A stretch of DNA of 50,858 nucleotides, counting the filler, from Catajapyx aquilonaris (Eukaryota), in the NCBI GenBank assembly GCA_000934665.2. It is 2 parts of 2 records of this genome, joined end to end, with 100 filler letters (N's around TTAATTAATTAA, not from the genome) between each part and the next. Parts side by side here need not be neighbours in the genome. Positions count along the whole stretch, not along the records: positions 1 to 25,358 come from JYFJ02005376.1; positions 25,459 to 50,858 come from JYFJ02005377.1. One strand, given 5' to 3'. The translations under genes were made by a program, and so were the position numbers. Position 1 is the stretch's first letter; every line of letters starts with the position of its first letter. Below the pieces are notes generated by a model that was not told where the DNA came from, ran no database searches, and worked only from the letters and a program-made list of their open reading frames with translations. Shown one piece after another: positions 24,677-36,500 of the stretch.

Positions 24677-25231
24677 CAGGGTGGGCGAAAAGTCCCAGGA
24701 CACCTGGCTTTTTTTGCCTGCAAAACAAATCTGCGCATGGAAAATGCGTCGGGGATGCTGGTGTGACATAGTCTGGACACTGACGGAACTGTTTGATGAG
24801 GGGAGACATCTGGGGACCCCCAACAACACCCACAGTAAGTTAACAATGTTAACAGTGCAATATGGCGGATACGAGCGGGTTCACTGTGGAGGAGAGACTT
24901 GTGGCTACTGTGTGGATCCACGGGAGGCCTCATACGGGAAAGAACATAACGCACATCATGCAGGATATCGGGGCTCCTTTTGGTAAGGTGCCAAGTGGGA
25001 GAAAAAAGCATTCAGCATGGGAAATGTGAAAGACGGGAAGCGTGAAAGACACTTCCCTTGCTAAATGCTTTTTATGGGTGTTGTTGGGGGTCCTCAGATG
25101 TCTCCCCTCATCAAACAGTTCCGTCAGTGTCCAGAAGATGTTACACCAGCATTTCCGACACATTTTCCATGCACAGATTTGTTTTGCAGGGAAAAAAAAG
25201 CCAGGTGTCCTGGGACTTTTCGCCCACCCTG
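24677..25231. mobile_element. 555-bp non-autonomous Tc1/mariner-like element with ~156-bp TIRs
   Basis: 24677-24832 (CAGGGTGGGCGAAAAGTCCCAGGACACCTGGC...) is the near-perfect reverse complement of 25075-25231. The right end is followed by TA, the left flank is degenerate, and both flanks are TATAC-rich. Confidence 0.85.
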
Positions 25232-25263
25232 TACATATACATATACAATATACATATACAATA

Positions 25264-25358
25264 CTAGCAGGTTACCCGGCGTTGCCCGGGTATGTTGGGG
25301 TGCTGGTAAGGGGTACATATACACTATTTTAGGAAGTGTGTTTGTTTGTAAAAATTTC
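25264..25358 (-). mobile_element. Helitron 3' terminus running into the gap
   Basis: The minus strand reads TACCCGG-GCAACG-CCGGGTA (7-bp stem hairpin), then ACCTG, then CTAG|T: the canonical Helitron subterminal hairpin and CTRR end before a T. Confidence 0.65.
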
Positions 25359-25458
25359 NNNNNNNNNNNNNNNNNNNNNNNNNNNNNNNNNNNNNNNNNN
25401 NNTTAATTAATTAANNNNNNNNNNNNNNNNNNNNNNNNNNNNNNNNNNNNNNNNNNNN
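25359..25458. other. Artificial assembly gap/linker
   Basis: Exactly 44 N + TTAATTAATTAA + 44 N = 100 bp. The 12-mer puts stop codons in all six frames. Confidence 0.95.
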
Positions 25459-25689
25459 CCAGATGACCTCCTTAAGAGGAAAGGGTTGGGTCCTCAAGAT
25501 CCTCTGTCGGAAACTGACTAATGTGATTACATGTCTTTCCGGTTTAAGAAAAAAAATCTGGACCGGTTTGTTTCTACGCCTAAGGGCTTAATTTGCAATT
25601 AATTGTGAACGAAATGTTTCAATCAATCAGAGGTACTATTTGAATTATCTTCTATGTGCACTATTAAATTAAACTGACAAGAAATATCA

Positions 25690-26000
25690 TATATTTTGGG
25701 TATTTATACTCAAAAAATGTAGTTTTCGGACTTTTCCATCAATAAGCAAATTTCAGCACGCTCAGTAGTCTGAAAGTGGGACATACAGACAATCTTTCTG
25801 CTTTATTATGTAAGAAGATTGACGAGAAAAAAATTCAGTCTAAATTTTGGGTATATTTAGACTCAAAAAATGTAGTTTTCAGACTGTTCCCCTCAATCAG
25901 CAAGTACGCCATCAGTGTGCCGAGTGTCAGCACTCTCAGTAGTACGAAAGTGAGTAAGGCAGCCCGGACATACAGACAAACTTTCTGCTTTATTATGGAA
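25690..26000. repeat. Degenerate two-copy direct repeat (~150 bp period)
   Basis: TTTTGGGTAT..ACTCAAAAAATGTAGTTTTC, TCAGCAC.CTCAGTAGT..GAAAGTG and GGACATACAGACAA.CTTTCTGCTTTATTATG each occur twice in the same order. Confidence 0.75.
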
Positions 26001-26942
26001 GATTATGTAAGAGCATTGAGACAGTTTAACGCAAAAAAATTAACTCAAAAACATGCCAACTATTTTTTTGTGTGTGCAAATAGTCTCTGGATTGAGTTCA
26101 AATTTCTGAGCATAGTAATTGGCAAGTCAATGACAGGCGAGTTATTTCTACTCGTCAGTAAGACTAATTGTCTGTCTATTTTTTGCTGTCGTCTTTTTCC
26201 CCCCGACAATTGGGTTTTCGGTCGAGAGGATTCAAGAAAGGTCGGCTGTGACATGCAATGGCCTTTTCCCTTTCGCTGCACCGTTACCAAAATTAGATTT
26301 GGCTTAATTGGTCCAGCAGCAGCAGCAGCTGTGGCGGCAAGGGTGACAGCAATTTCCATTTCGATGCACTTCACATCGGTGACACATATTCAATCAGCAC
26401 ATTTCTCACTCGAACCGTAACGAGAGAGTTATGGAAACACTCTTCAAAACAATACCGATCCGACCTTGGTTTAAACTTTCCAATGAACTTGGAGTACAGC
26501 GAAGAGAGATTTTTTTTTTTTTTCCACATTGGTGGAGCTGCATGCAAAAAAAAAACCCCCATGAGATGATTTCGTTAAGTTTCCGCCCATATGATGTTAT
26601 CGAAAGTTGAGGGATTTTCTTTGCCATGACCTGCCCCATTTGACCCCACATTTACGTATACCTGAAGAACCTTTCCTTCTTTCGCTGGCCACGATTAAGG
26701 GGGCATCATTTCGCCTTTAAAAGATATAAAAGAGTTAACCATGAGAAAGTCTTAAGTCACGCTCCGGAGGATGAAAGAGAGAGGTGACTTTTGCTGCTGC
26801 TGCTGCACACTATACGGGATTGTTATCATGTCACTATCGCTGCTACACTAACCCGCATTCACAACCTCCTTCACACGTGATGAATGAATTGTGGTAATTT
26901 TTTTCAATCTCTCCCTTGTCCTTTTTTTTCATTTTTCTCCAG

Positions 26943-28361
26943 GGACGACGTCCCTGAGTAAGACCATCGTTTTTAGAGAGCCAGCAAATCCATCTCCATC
27001 AACCAGGCCGCAGCATGCTTCCATAACGAAAGTCGTTACTCATCAGAAAGTAAGTTGAAAAGAAACTGACCGCACGAGGTGATATCTGTTCACCCGAGCG
27101 TTCAAATCTCCATGTGCGCAGGCCACGGTATCAAGAAGCACCGAGTACGATGCCCAAAGGAGATTGCGTTTGTGTTTGTCCATAAACTATCGGAGCGTTT
27201 CGCTGCTGGTTAAGAAACACATGGATATACTACGAATGGTACCTGCTTAGTAAATACCTCGGTGCCCGGTGAGAAACCAAGTGGAAAAAAGAATTACGTG
27301 AAATCTGTCGCCATGTTCCGGTGTAGCATTTTAAAAAAAACTGTCACCTTCACGCCCGACCACGAAAGTAGAAGGCGTGAAAATTAGCCAAGTTTTTAGT
27401 CCAGACATATGCACAACATTTTTTTTGCACACCTTTCAAGCTAGTATGTTGTTTGTTGTGTGTGTGTGTATATTTTTTTTTGCTGTGTCTCAACCGGACT
27501 TTCTCTTCGTAGCCCCCGGATCCTCCGAGTCCAGTGGATTCGGAAATGGCGGAACAACGCTTTTTCGGGCACCCATTTAACGACTTTCCCTTCGGATTAC
27601 ATCCATCTCAGCTGCAGCAACCAGCTTCCAGGCCGCCCATATTCCCTGGACCATCTATTTCCAGTGGAGGTGGACCATTCCAGGCACGCCTAATCCGCTT
27701 ATTCTCTCCGTCGGATGTTTGTCCGACCTGATAGTACCACTATCTCCCGCGCGACTTAAGAGTGGCAGGAGTGTGCAGGAGAATGGTGCGCCATCTATGA
27801 GTGAAGAATAGTACTACGTGGTAAATAGGCCTCCAGCCAGGTCGGACAAACATCTGATGGAGAGAAATTAGAAGAACGATACGTACGGGTTCAATAGTTT
27901 ATGCTAAAAGTGGTTCCTTTTTTAAATTTCTCCAGTCTGGAACAGCACCGCATGTCCGACCAGTGGCTCCGTCCAGACTGTTGGGTTCCGGCAACTTTGC
28001 TGTTCTTCGAGGAGGCACATACTATGGCAGTGATGAAGATGGAGACGACATTGGACATCATCCGTTCCTCTCCTTTGGGAATGCCCATGGCGGAGGACAT
28101 CATTTGGGATCGCATCCTCCAAGGTTCCCTCCTCCTCGAGACTTCTTGTCCAACTTTAGGGACTTTGCTGACCTGCATGCCCATGCGCCTCAAGCCTTCT
28201 CGCATCGGACCAACGTCTTCGCGCCGTCATCAGCAGCCCTGGATGATGACTATGCAGCTTCAGACACCGCACCGAACAACCAGAAGCCGCCCAAGAAGTA
28301 CTTGAGCCACCAGGAAAAATCTAAAAAATGGAGGCCTCCTAAAGAAGAAGTTGCAATGTGA
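26943..28361 (+). CDS. Partial uncharacterised Pro/Gly/His-rich protein; first coding exon not identified
   Basis: Phase-compatible exons 26943-27049, 27513-~27683 and 27936-28361 have good acceptors. They encode LLGSGNFAVLRGGTYY and DFLSNFRDFADL, motifs I recall from uncharacterised arthropod proteins (unverified). Confidence 0.65.
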
Positions 28362-30509
28362 AGATTACCGAGAGTGTTATTGCCACCAAAGACTACTTTC
28401 ACCAGAGCGATTATTACGATACAGGAAATGGACCTGATATCCCGAGGCAGGAAGAAAACTTCTCCAACAACACTAACTGTAATAAGATCGGTCGTGTAAA
28501 AAAAAAATGTGTACGTACTATTTATGCAGATGAGTGATGGATACAACATGGTCAATTATTCGTATGGTAGTGAAGTGCCATTGCTATTAATCACATCAAC
28601 TTGACAGTCCTAATTGTTTTACGGCGTCTTTTTCCCCCAACGATTCATGAAAAGCATTCGTTTTACACATTTCCTACTTTCCAATGACATAACTTTGTAC
28701 TTGCTCACTTTTCTGCTGTAATTGCCGAAGTGTTTGACACTTGCCTCCGAAGGACTTTTTGGTTGAAATGTTGTTATTCGTTATGTTCTTATGATTAAAA
28801 CATGAGACATTACCTTTCTATTAATTTCAATGCCCTTCCTAACAATGTGTTTCTCCACAAATCTGAGCACAGACCTGCCAATTAACCTACGGCCTTTTTT
28901 CCCACTTATCACTTACGAGGTCCACTTCCTCAGCGAAAGCCAACCAGAGATAAAGTGGCGCTCCTTCTTTCCGATTCCGTCAATCATGTCACTTGAAAAT
29001 GCAGGTTAAACAACCGGACGTGAACTGCGACCTACATATTGAAATATCCTGGAATTCCGCAACATGCATCACTTGGCAAGGACATGGGTGACTTGCAAGG
29101 TTGCAGCACTCCAGGATAATCATGGCAGCAATGCATCTTTGATCACATCTGGGTACTAATTATTATTATTTTTCCAGATGATGTGCAGGTGGAAAGTTAT
29201 TACTAATTATGCTAAATACTGCCTAAGAAAGACTGGGAGATATTTTCTGAAAAGCACTCAAATTACGTCGTGTTTGGGGAGATGCGGGTAATTAAACTCT
29301 TTCCCTACGTCAGCTCCGGCACATGTGGTGCCCAGCTGACTGCCACCATATTCCGAGCAACAACTTTTAACGGCAGTGCCATCCTTGAAATGATTTACTA
29401 GCAAGGAAGCTACTCTCGACACCATAAAATTTGCATCCTTCGCTCCAAAAGTCTCGCAACAACTGCAAGGAGCCAGTACTCAAAAGGCTCAAAAATCTTT
29501 TCCCAAGCACAAAATCACAGCACATTCAATATTATAGAAGGAAATTAAACAAGATATATTCAAAGAGAGTCCATGTATTATTACTTCAAAGAAAAACATA
29601 CAAAATAGTACATAACTACTTTCTAACATCTGACATTTTCTCTGGACTATTGCGTTTACTGGCCTACTACAGTACATCCTGTAGTATAACACATACTGGG
29701 CGAAACATCAATACAACTGGGTGAGACACATGATCAGAAATGCTCTTCCGCTCTCAAAAGAGCAGCATCATTACAGCTGCCCCAAACGAGTTATTAACAC
29801 TGCTTTTCAATCACAGCATATAAACCTATGCGATATAACTCGGCATACTTTTCTTTAAAAAACAAAAGGTTGGTGGGGAGCTCAAGGAACAGAAAACAAA
29901 AAAAAAGGCAAAGAGATTGTCACCTAACCTATAGTACACCTTTGTACATGGAATAAATAAAACAAGAAAAAAATCTTACACAAAATGAGGTTTGTACTGT
30001 CAACTCAACCCGCAGCCAACTCTTGTCCTAGATACTATATTTTTTGTTCTTGCCGTAAAGATTTTAAGTAGATCATAATTATGCCCATCATGCCTGATAA
30101 CACAATAGCGCTCTAAGTAGTACGTTATGTTGTGGCAGCCGACTAGCATGTGATTGTGTGACTTGGCTGCTCCAAAATATTATACAGAAGCCATCCTTGA
30201 GCAAAATTAAGCAGACATCTCAAATTTGTTCTAAATCCAATTATCTAAAAAATAAAATAACAATCATCATGGAAAACACAGTGCCACATTACTTTGAAAC
30301 CTGTGAAATGCAACATAAACCCAAGGCGCTCCCTTTTGGAAATATCAGTACTTTACAACAAGCTCCTTCCACAACTTCTTTGTTTTAGTCTTACCACTAT
30401 TTTTGCTAGTTAAGTAGCTGGCCGCTTTTTATCCCGCAAATGCAATGAGTTATGGTGATCCCCCCAACAAGTCAGATCACCTTTTTTTCCCCCTCCCTTC
30501 CTTTCTTAA

Positions 30510-33500
30510 CTAATGATGACCTGCATGGAGAGACGCATCAGATCCATCACTCTCCGCACTGCTTGGAGGAGTGTCCAACTGAGGAAACTCGAGCTCGAGG
30601 TAATCCTGCGAAAAAAAAATAAGCAAGACCCAGTTTCAAAATACGCATGAAATTCTGTCACCTTGCAAACCAAGTGAAAGCAACACAAACCTCATTAGCT
30701 GCCGTTGCAAGGAGGTAATCCAGGTCCACCACTAGCTGCGAGAATGTGGGCCTCTCTGATGGCCTATCCAGCCAACATCCCTGCATCAGCTCATACCTGG
30801 CACGGAAGAGAATAAATCAGAATCCAACGTTCACGCTCATTCCAGCCATGGACTTACATTTTGAGAGAGCAGTTCTTTGGCCTCTCCATGCGATGCCCAT
30901 TCTTGAGCATCTGGTAGAGGTGCTCTGCATACACTGATGGGTATGGAGTGGCGCCCAGGGTCATGATCTCCCACAGAAGAACGCCAAAAGACCATCTGAA
31001 AGAGCATGAAAGTTTAGTGTCAAGAGCGGTTCTCAATAACGGCGCTAGAAACTGGTTAACAAAAAAAGGTACTGACACATCTGACTGGGTAGTGTAGACC
31101 CTCTGGAAGAGAGCCTCGGGGGACATCCACTTGACAGGAAGCCTGCCATCAGTGGTTTTCCTGTAGTAATCATGATAGTGAACATCCCGGGCCAAGCCAA
31201 AGTCGGCTATCTTCAAGACCCAGTCCTCGTTCACAAGTATATTTCTGGCCGCCAAGTCTCGGTGTATGCACTGCAATATAAAACCGCTGTTACCATGTGC
31301 CGTGCGGCGAACATTCACTGCATATTTGCAATGTGTGAACGGGCTTTTTAATCAATAGCGAACTACTTTGAATTTACAGTCAAGATTTGCATTTCCACAC
31401 AGATGGCATAAAATGCCAATTCCAAAAATTAAATTGCACTTGACTAGCCAAAGAGTGTCAGAATAAGTAAAGATGAGCTCACCCTCTTTGAGGCGAGGTA
31501 CTCCATCCCTCTGGCGACTTGATATGCAAATGACACGAGGGTCTTCTGCGTGAGCCACTGCTTTTCCCTCCCAACTGCTTGCTCATATCCAAACTCCCTC
31601 CTCCGATCCCTCAAAAAGTCTCTCAAGTTCCCGTTTTTGGCATACTCCACGACCACTAACAATGGTCCTCCCTGGGTGCAGCAACCCAACAAGTTGATGA
31701 TGTTGAGGTGTCTTCCAATCACTTTCATCATCTCCATCTCAGAAACCAGGGACAGCATTTCAGCATCAGTGTGGCCGTCTTTCAGCATTTTCACGGCAAC
31801 CACAGTTGTGGTGCGTGCCTGGGTTATTCCAACAGCTTCGGCCAGTACCACACGTCCAAATGCGCCTTCACCAAGGTGAGACTTGAGCTGGAGATGCTCA
31901 CGAGGAAATTCCCAAGCCAAGTCCAGTGGAATCTCATACTCGCAGAAGGCAGTTTGCTTGTCCTTCTCGTCAGGCCCTAAGGGACATATAACGGCTTGTT
32001 TCTCCAGGCGGACAACAGTGTTCAGCTGGGGGGAAAAAAGTAGAATATACAGTCAAAAACATTGCTTCAAGTGACCTGCAGTTAAGTCTTACCCATTTCC
32101 GCTCTGCTTAGAAGCATGGAATATGGAGAATCAAAAATATTGTAATTGATACATGTATAACTTAAGAGTCTGTGTCAGTTGGATTTGCCTTCACTTCAAT
32201 GTGGTTCACATTAATGTTAACAAAATCCTAGCACATCATATTGTTAACATGATAATTTAGATGGTGTGTCTTTCAAATCTTTCCATTTAGAGCAACAAAA
32301 ATTTCTGAGCGCATTGCAAAGAAACAAGTGCAACACTCACCAAGGGTTCATCCGAGTTGTTAACATTAATTCTCTCAATGTTTATCTTCTTAGTTGTCCT
32401 TTCCACAACTCTCACTTCATGTGGGACCTTCTTGTTGCGCCTTCTAATCCACAGAAGGATCAACCATATGACAACCAGTATTGCTATCATCCCTGCCACT
32501 GCAACCAGGATATGCACCAAGCTGAAGGATGAGGAAGGCTCCAGGGGCCTCTTGGTCGGGTCTCCTTCTTCTTCCAGTTCATCCACAACGTGAAGGTACG
32601 CACTGCTCTGAGACACCCCAAGCGAGTTGCCAGCCAAGCAAGTGTACCATCCTTCATCTTCTCGAGTCACATTGTGGAGAACCAGCAGTTGCGGATCAGT
32701 CATGTTCTCGCCTCGAGACTAGATTGGAAAAAAGTTAAGGTGTCAGTATGACAGGTCAATCGGTTTGCAGGGAAATCATTGGTGCATGCAGGCATGACTG
32801 AACTCATGCTGGTTGAGAGGAATTTGTTAATGTAAGCATTCACATACAATGTCAACACAACAGGAAACAATGATGGGCCAAGCAGTCACATTTTCTGCAC
32901 AATAATTGAAGACCTCGGGGGGGGGGGGAAGAGCGATCAAGGTCCACTCTTTTGTCAAAAAATGAGTTACATATCTCAGTTTCCCATGGGGTGGACCTTG
33001 ATCATTCTTCCCCTGAGGTCTTCAATTAGGAAATGGTATGCACATGACATTTAATAAGTAGTATTCAAGGGGTATTGTAAACTCACTCACTTTCAATTTA
33101 TGATGTCTAGTTATTGCATTATCTCAGTAACACATTTTAAAAGCACTGAAGTGATTGATTGAACTTTTATCGTGCAACAGCAGCAATGGGTAGTGTAGTG
33201 AGTGGGTATCTTTGAACAATAATATGCCGCCGACAATAAGTGATTCTATATTTTCCCTTAATTTGAGCAGATACAACTGACCTTTAATGCATTTTTCAAA
33301 GTTAACGTATTTTAAGCACCACAAGAAAATGACATGTACACAACATTCAGCAAAAAAAAAATGATGAAGGGATCTGAAGATCAATTAATTTTTGGTGACA
33401 TGAAGTAATGCAATACGGTACTGCAGGATGTAAAGTCTGTTAGTCCTGTGCTTTCTAGTTTCTAGTTTATCTGTTGTTAAAGTAGAATCGGCCTATTTCT

Positions 33501-36500
33501 ATTGCAGACTTTTCCATGAGCCTCACATAAATTTAGACTTCTTTAAATGCACTGCAAATAAATGGACAGTCAAGAATTAATGTGGTATTGTAGGAGCATC
33601 CCATAATGCATTTAATCCATTAAAAAATTCATATTTTGAACCACATGCATTTTAAAATAATTAGCACAAAATTTGTGGTCACAGCAGGCATGCAACCCTA
33701 TCTAAAAGTACTTAGTTAAGGTGACATGCCTCAAAACACATTCTTTCATCACACAACAGTAGGCCTATTTTCTCAAGTACACCTGGTTTTAAAAATTATT
33801 TAAACTGCTGATTGCTGTTGGCAGTCTAAATAATTTTCATTTTGGGTACCAACTTGCTGTTGCATGAAGTAATGTGTTCCCTAACTCATTGTCAATGTTT
33901 GCATGAACTTGTCCTTGGCTTACAGACGACAAGTACATTATTAGTAGGCATATCAGTACAGCATGCTAAAATATTAATAATGATCAGCAAGCATTATGGC
34001 ATGTCCAACTCTCCGTCTCGCTGGCAGTTGGTGAAAACATCTGCAAACATTTTGGGGCTACAGTAATTAAGGGAAAGGGTGAGACGTCACAAAGTGTGTG
34101 GCCTCTTCTTGGCAGGGCAACAGCAATGAAGTTCTCAGCAAGCATGTCATCTCTTGCCAGGCCAAAAACTTCAAAACACACAAACTCCATCTCCATGCAC
34201 ATTCTCGTTTCCGAGTCCAGACCTGTATTTCTAAGTGGTACGGTATGCTGTCACTGTCGATGTACGATTCATTGATCAGGTAGTGCCTAATCCATATGAT
34301 GTGTGGGTGGAGGTCCGAAAAAATCTTGCAGGTGAAGTGTACGGTGGAGCCGATAGATTCAGTCAAGTTGTGAGACGTCTCGGTGAAGATGGGTCTATGC
34401 ATCACACGTTCTGAAAACGAAGATTTCCAATGGGCCTTTCTGCTTGTACTTTTTCACCCAAAATCTTTTTTGTACCACCCTGATCCTCGGGGATCTCTCA
34501 AGCCTTTGGCTAAATCTAACCTGTCCTCCGCTGAATCCTCACCTGTAAACACATGCAAACACCAAGCATGCCACATATATTCCACACAAATTCCAGTGCA
34601 TGTGGGAGGTCCCTCCCAGTTGCACCACTTCCCACTCATGCACTTACTTACCTCCATAATCTGGTAAGTGTCGTGCATTTCATATGTGAAGTTCAGGCTT
34701 GAGTGGAACACCCACTCAAAGAAGGGCTCCAAGTCTACGAAATACAGTGGGCACTTGAAGGCTGCCACTGTCCCCACCAACGCTGTGATGTTCTCCGGGT
34801 AACCAGTTTTGATGTATGGCCGATGAGGAAGTCGCTCTGAAAACAGCATGCGCATGCAGAGGGGTGAGGAAAACGAGAGGTGTTAGAGGGACTTGGCTTA
34901 TTCCCACCCATTCCGTAATCTCATTGAAGATTCACTTTTCTGCATTTAATAACTGAATGTAATTGCAATGCATGACTGACACAACAAAGAAAGTTGCATC
35001 AAACTGATGTGGACCAAAAAATCATTACTTTGTCTTTCCATAAGAGTTACGTCACTATTACACACAGCAATGTTTGTGTCACAATTTTTTATTGATTAAC
35101 TAATTATATTTATGTAAGAAGATTGGCTGAACATTTTAAGTACAGGATGGTACACTGCTTAAGTTGACACTGCCAACTATTATGTGGGATAAAACGTGAT
35201 GCTCCAGATGTGTCTGTGCATTTCCATCCAGCATTAATCCATCACATTTTACCCAAAGCTATTGTTGGAGGTGTCGCCTAACAGGCAGTTTACCACCCTG
35301 CTTATTCTGTAATATTCTATGATTGTTACGTGCCCGTCACCGCAATCATATACATGGCAGTCCTTATTACACATAGCTGGAATTTTTTAACGGCCTTGTA
35401 ATCACTAATTTTTATATGACTTTTAAAGGCTCACCCCAGGCTGCCATTTTTTCCGTGGCCCTCTGTGGGAATGGGAACAAGTCCAATTTTATGCACACAC
35501 ATTTCATTTTTTAATGCTCTTGCTGAGAAACCCGCTTAGCCGAGATCAAGTTTATTTTGGAATTTATTGTCCTGCTGGTTCAACAACAAGTTATGGTACC
35601 AATGAGCAGACGGCAACATGAAGAGTAACTGAAGGCCCCAAACAGTTATTAGCTCAATTTCCATAGGCAATTAATTATGATGTTTAATGGTCTCATAATT
35701 ATCATTATATTGCAAGTTTTTGCCTAATTTTGTTGTTACATGTAAATTGTGCATAAATTGAAGGTCTGTAAAATACCAAGGTACGTAGAAGGATAGGTCC
35801 CAATGCAAAGATTTCTCCGACTTCTAATGAACAATAATTAATCTCGTATACGTATATTGCATCTTCCTGTACATCCAAATTTAGGGCAAATAGTTTGACC
35901 ATGTAACAAGGACTGCATGTACACATTTCCAAAGTCAACAATACCCAACTTTTAGAGATACTGCAAAAGTAACAGAATCGATCTAATTCTTTTCAGCAAC
36001 AATTCCCAAAAAGCAACCAAACCAAAGCCAGAAGAAGGATTTACAGCAAGGTAGGGTTCATGCACCACTCCAAGTTTAAAAAATTCATACATCATGCTGC
36101 ATATGTTAGGTTACGCACATTAGAGGCAGCTAAATACAAGCTCAAGCTTTTCAAAAAAAAAAAAAACCTAGAGGAATAAAGCCAATATCTGTGCTCCAAA
36201 AGTGGCACAAGCATTAACTTTAATTCCTCTTTGGCTACTCACCACCACCATCACCAGGACCACCACCACTAGCCACTGTACTCACAAGTCACAACACAGC
36301 ACATTTGTACACCCAAACTCAATCACAGCATGCACACCATAATCCGGCAGTGAAATCGTATTAAAGTATTTTCTGAACAAAGAGAATGCCTACCTTGCAC
36401 TTCCAGTTCAAAGACGTGACTGATGACCCCTTCTGTATTGTTCACAATGCAAGTGTAAACACCTGCGTCAGAAACCACCACTTCCTCCAGAGTCAAGCCC

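Noticed and set aside
26771..26783. ATGAAAGAGAGAG|gtgact as first exon of the 27-28 kb gene
   Set aside because: Phase-compatible but only four codons with no supporting signal; left unassigned.
35435..35462. Candidate 28-nt FGFR microexon (cccacag|...|gtgagc)
   Set aside because: Good-looking splice sites, but it shifts the frame. It could only be a poison exon and nothing else supports it.
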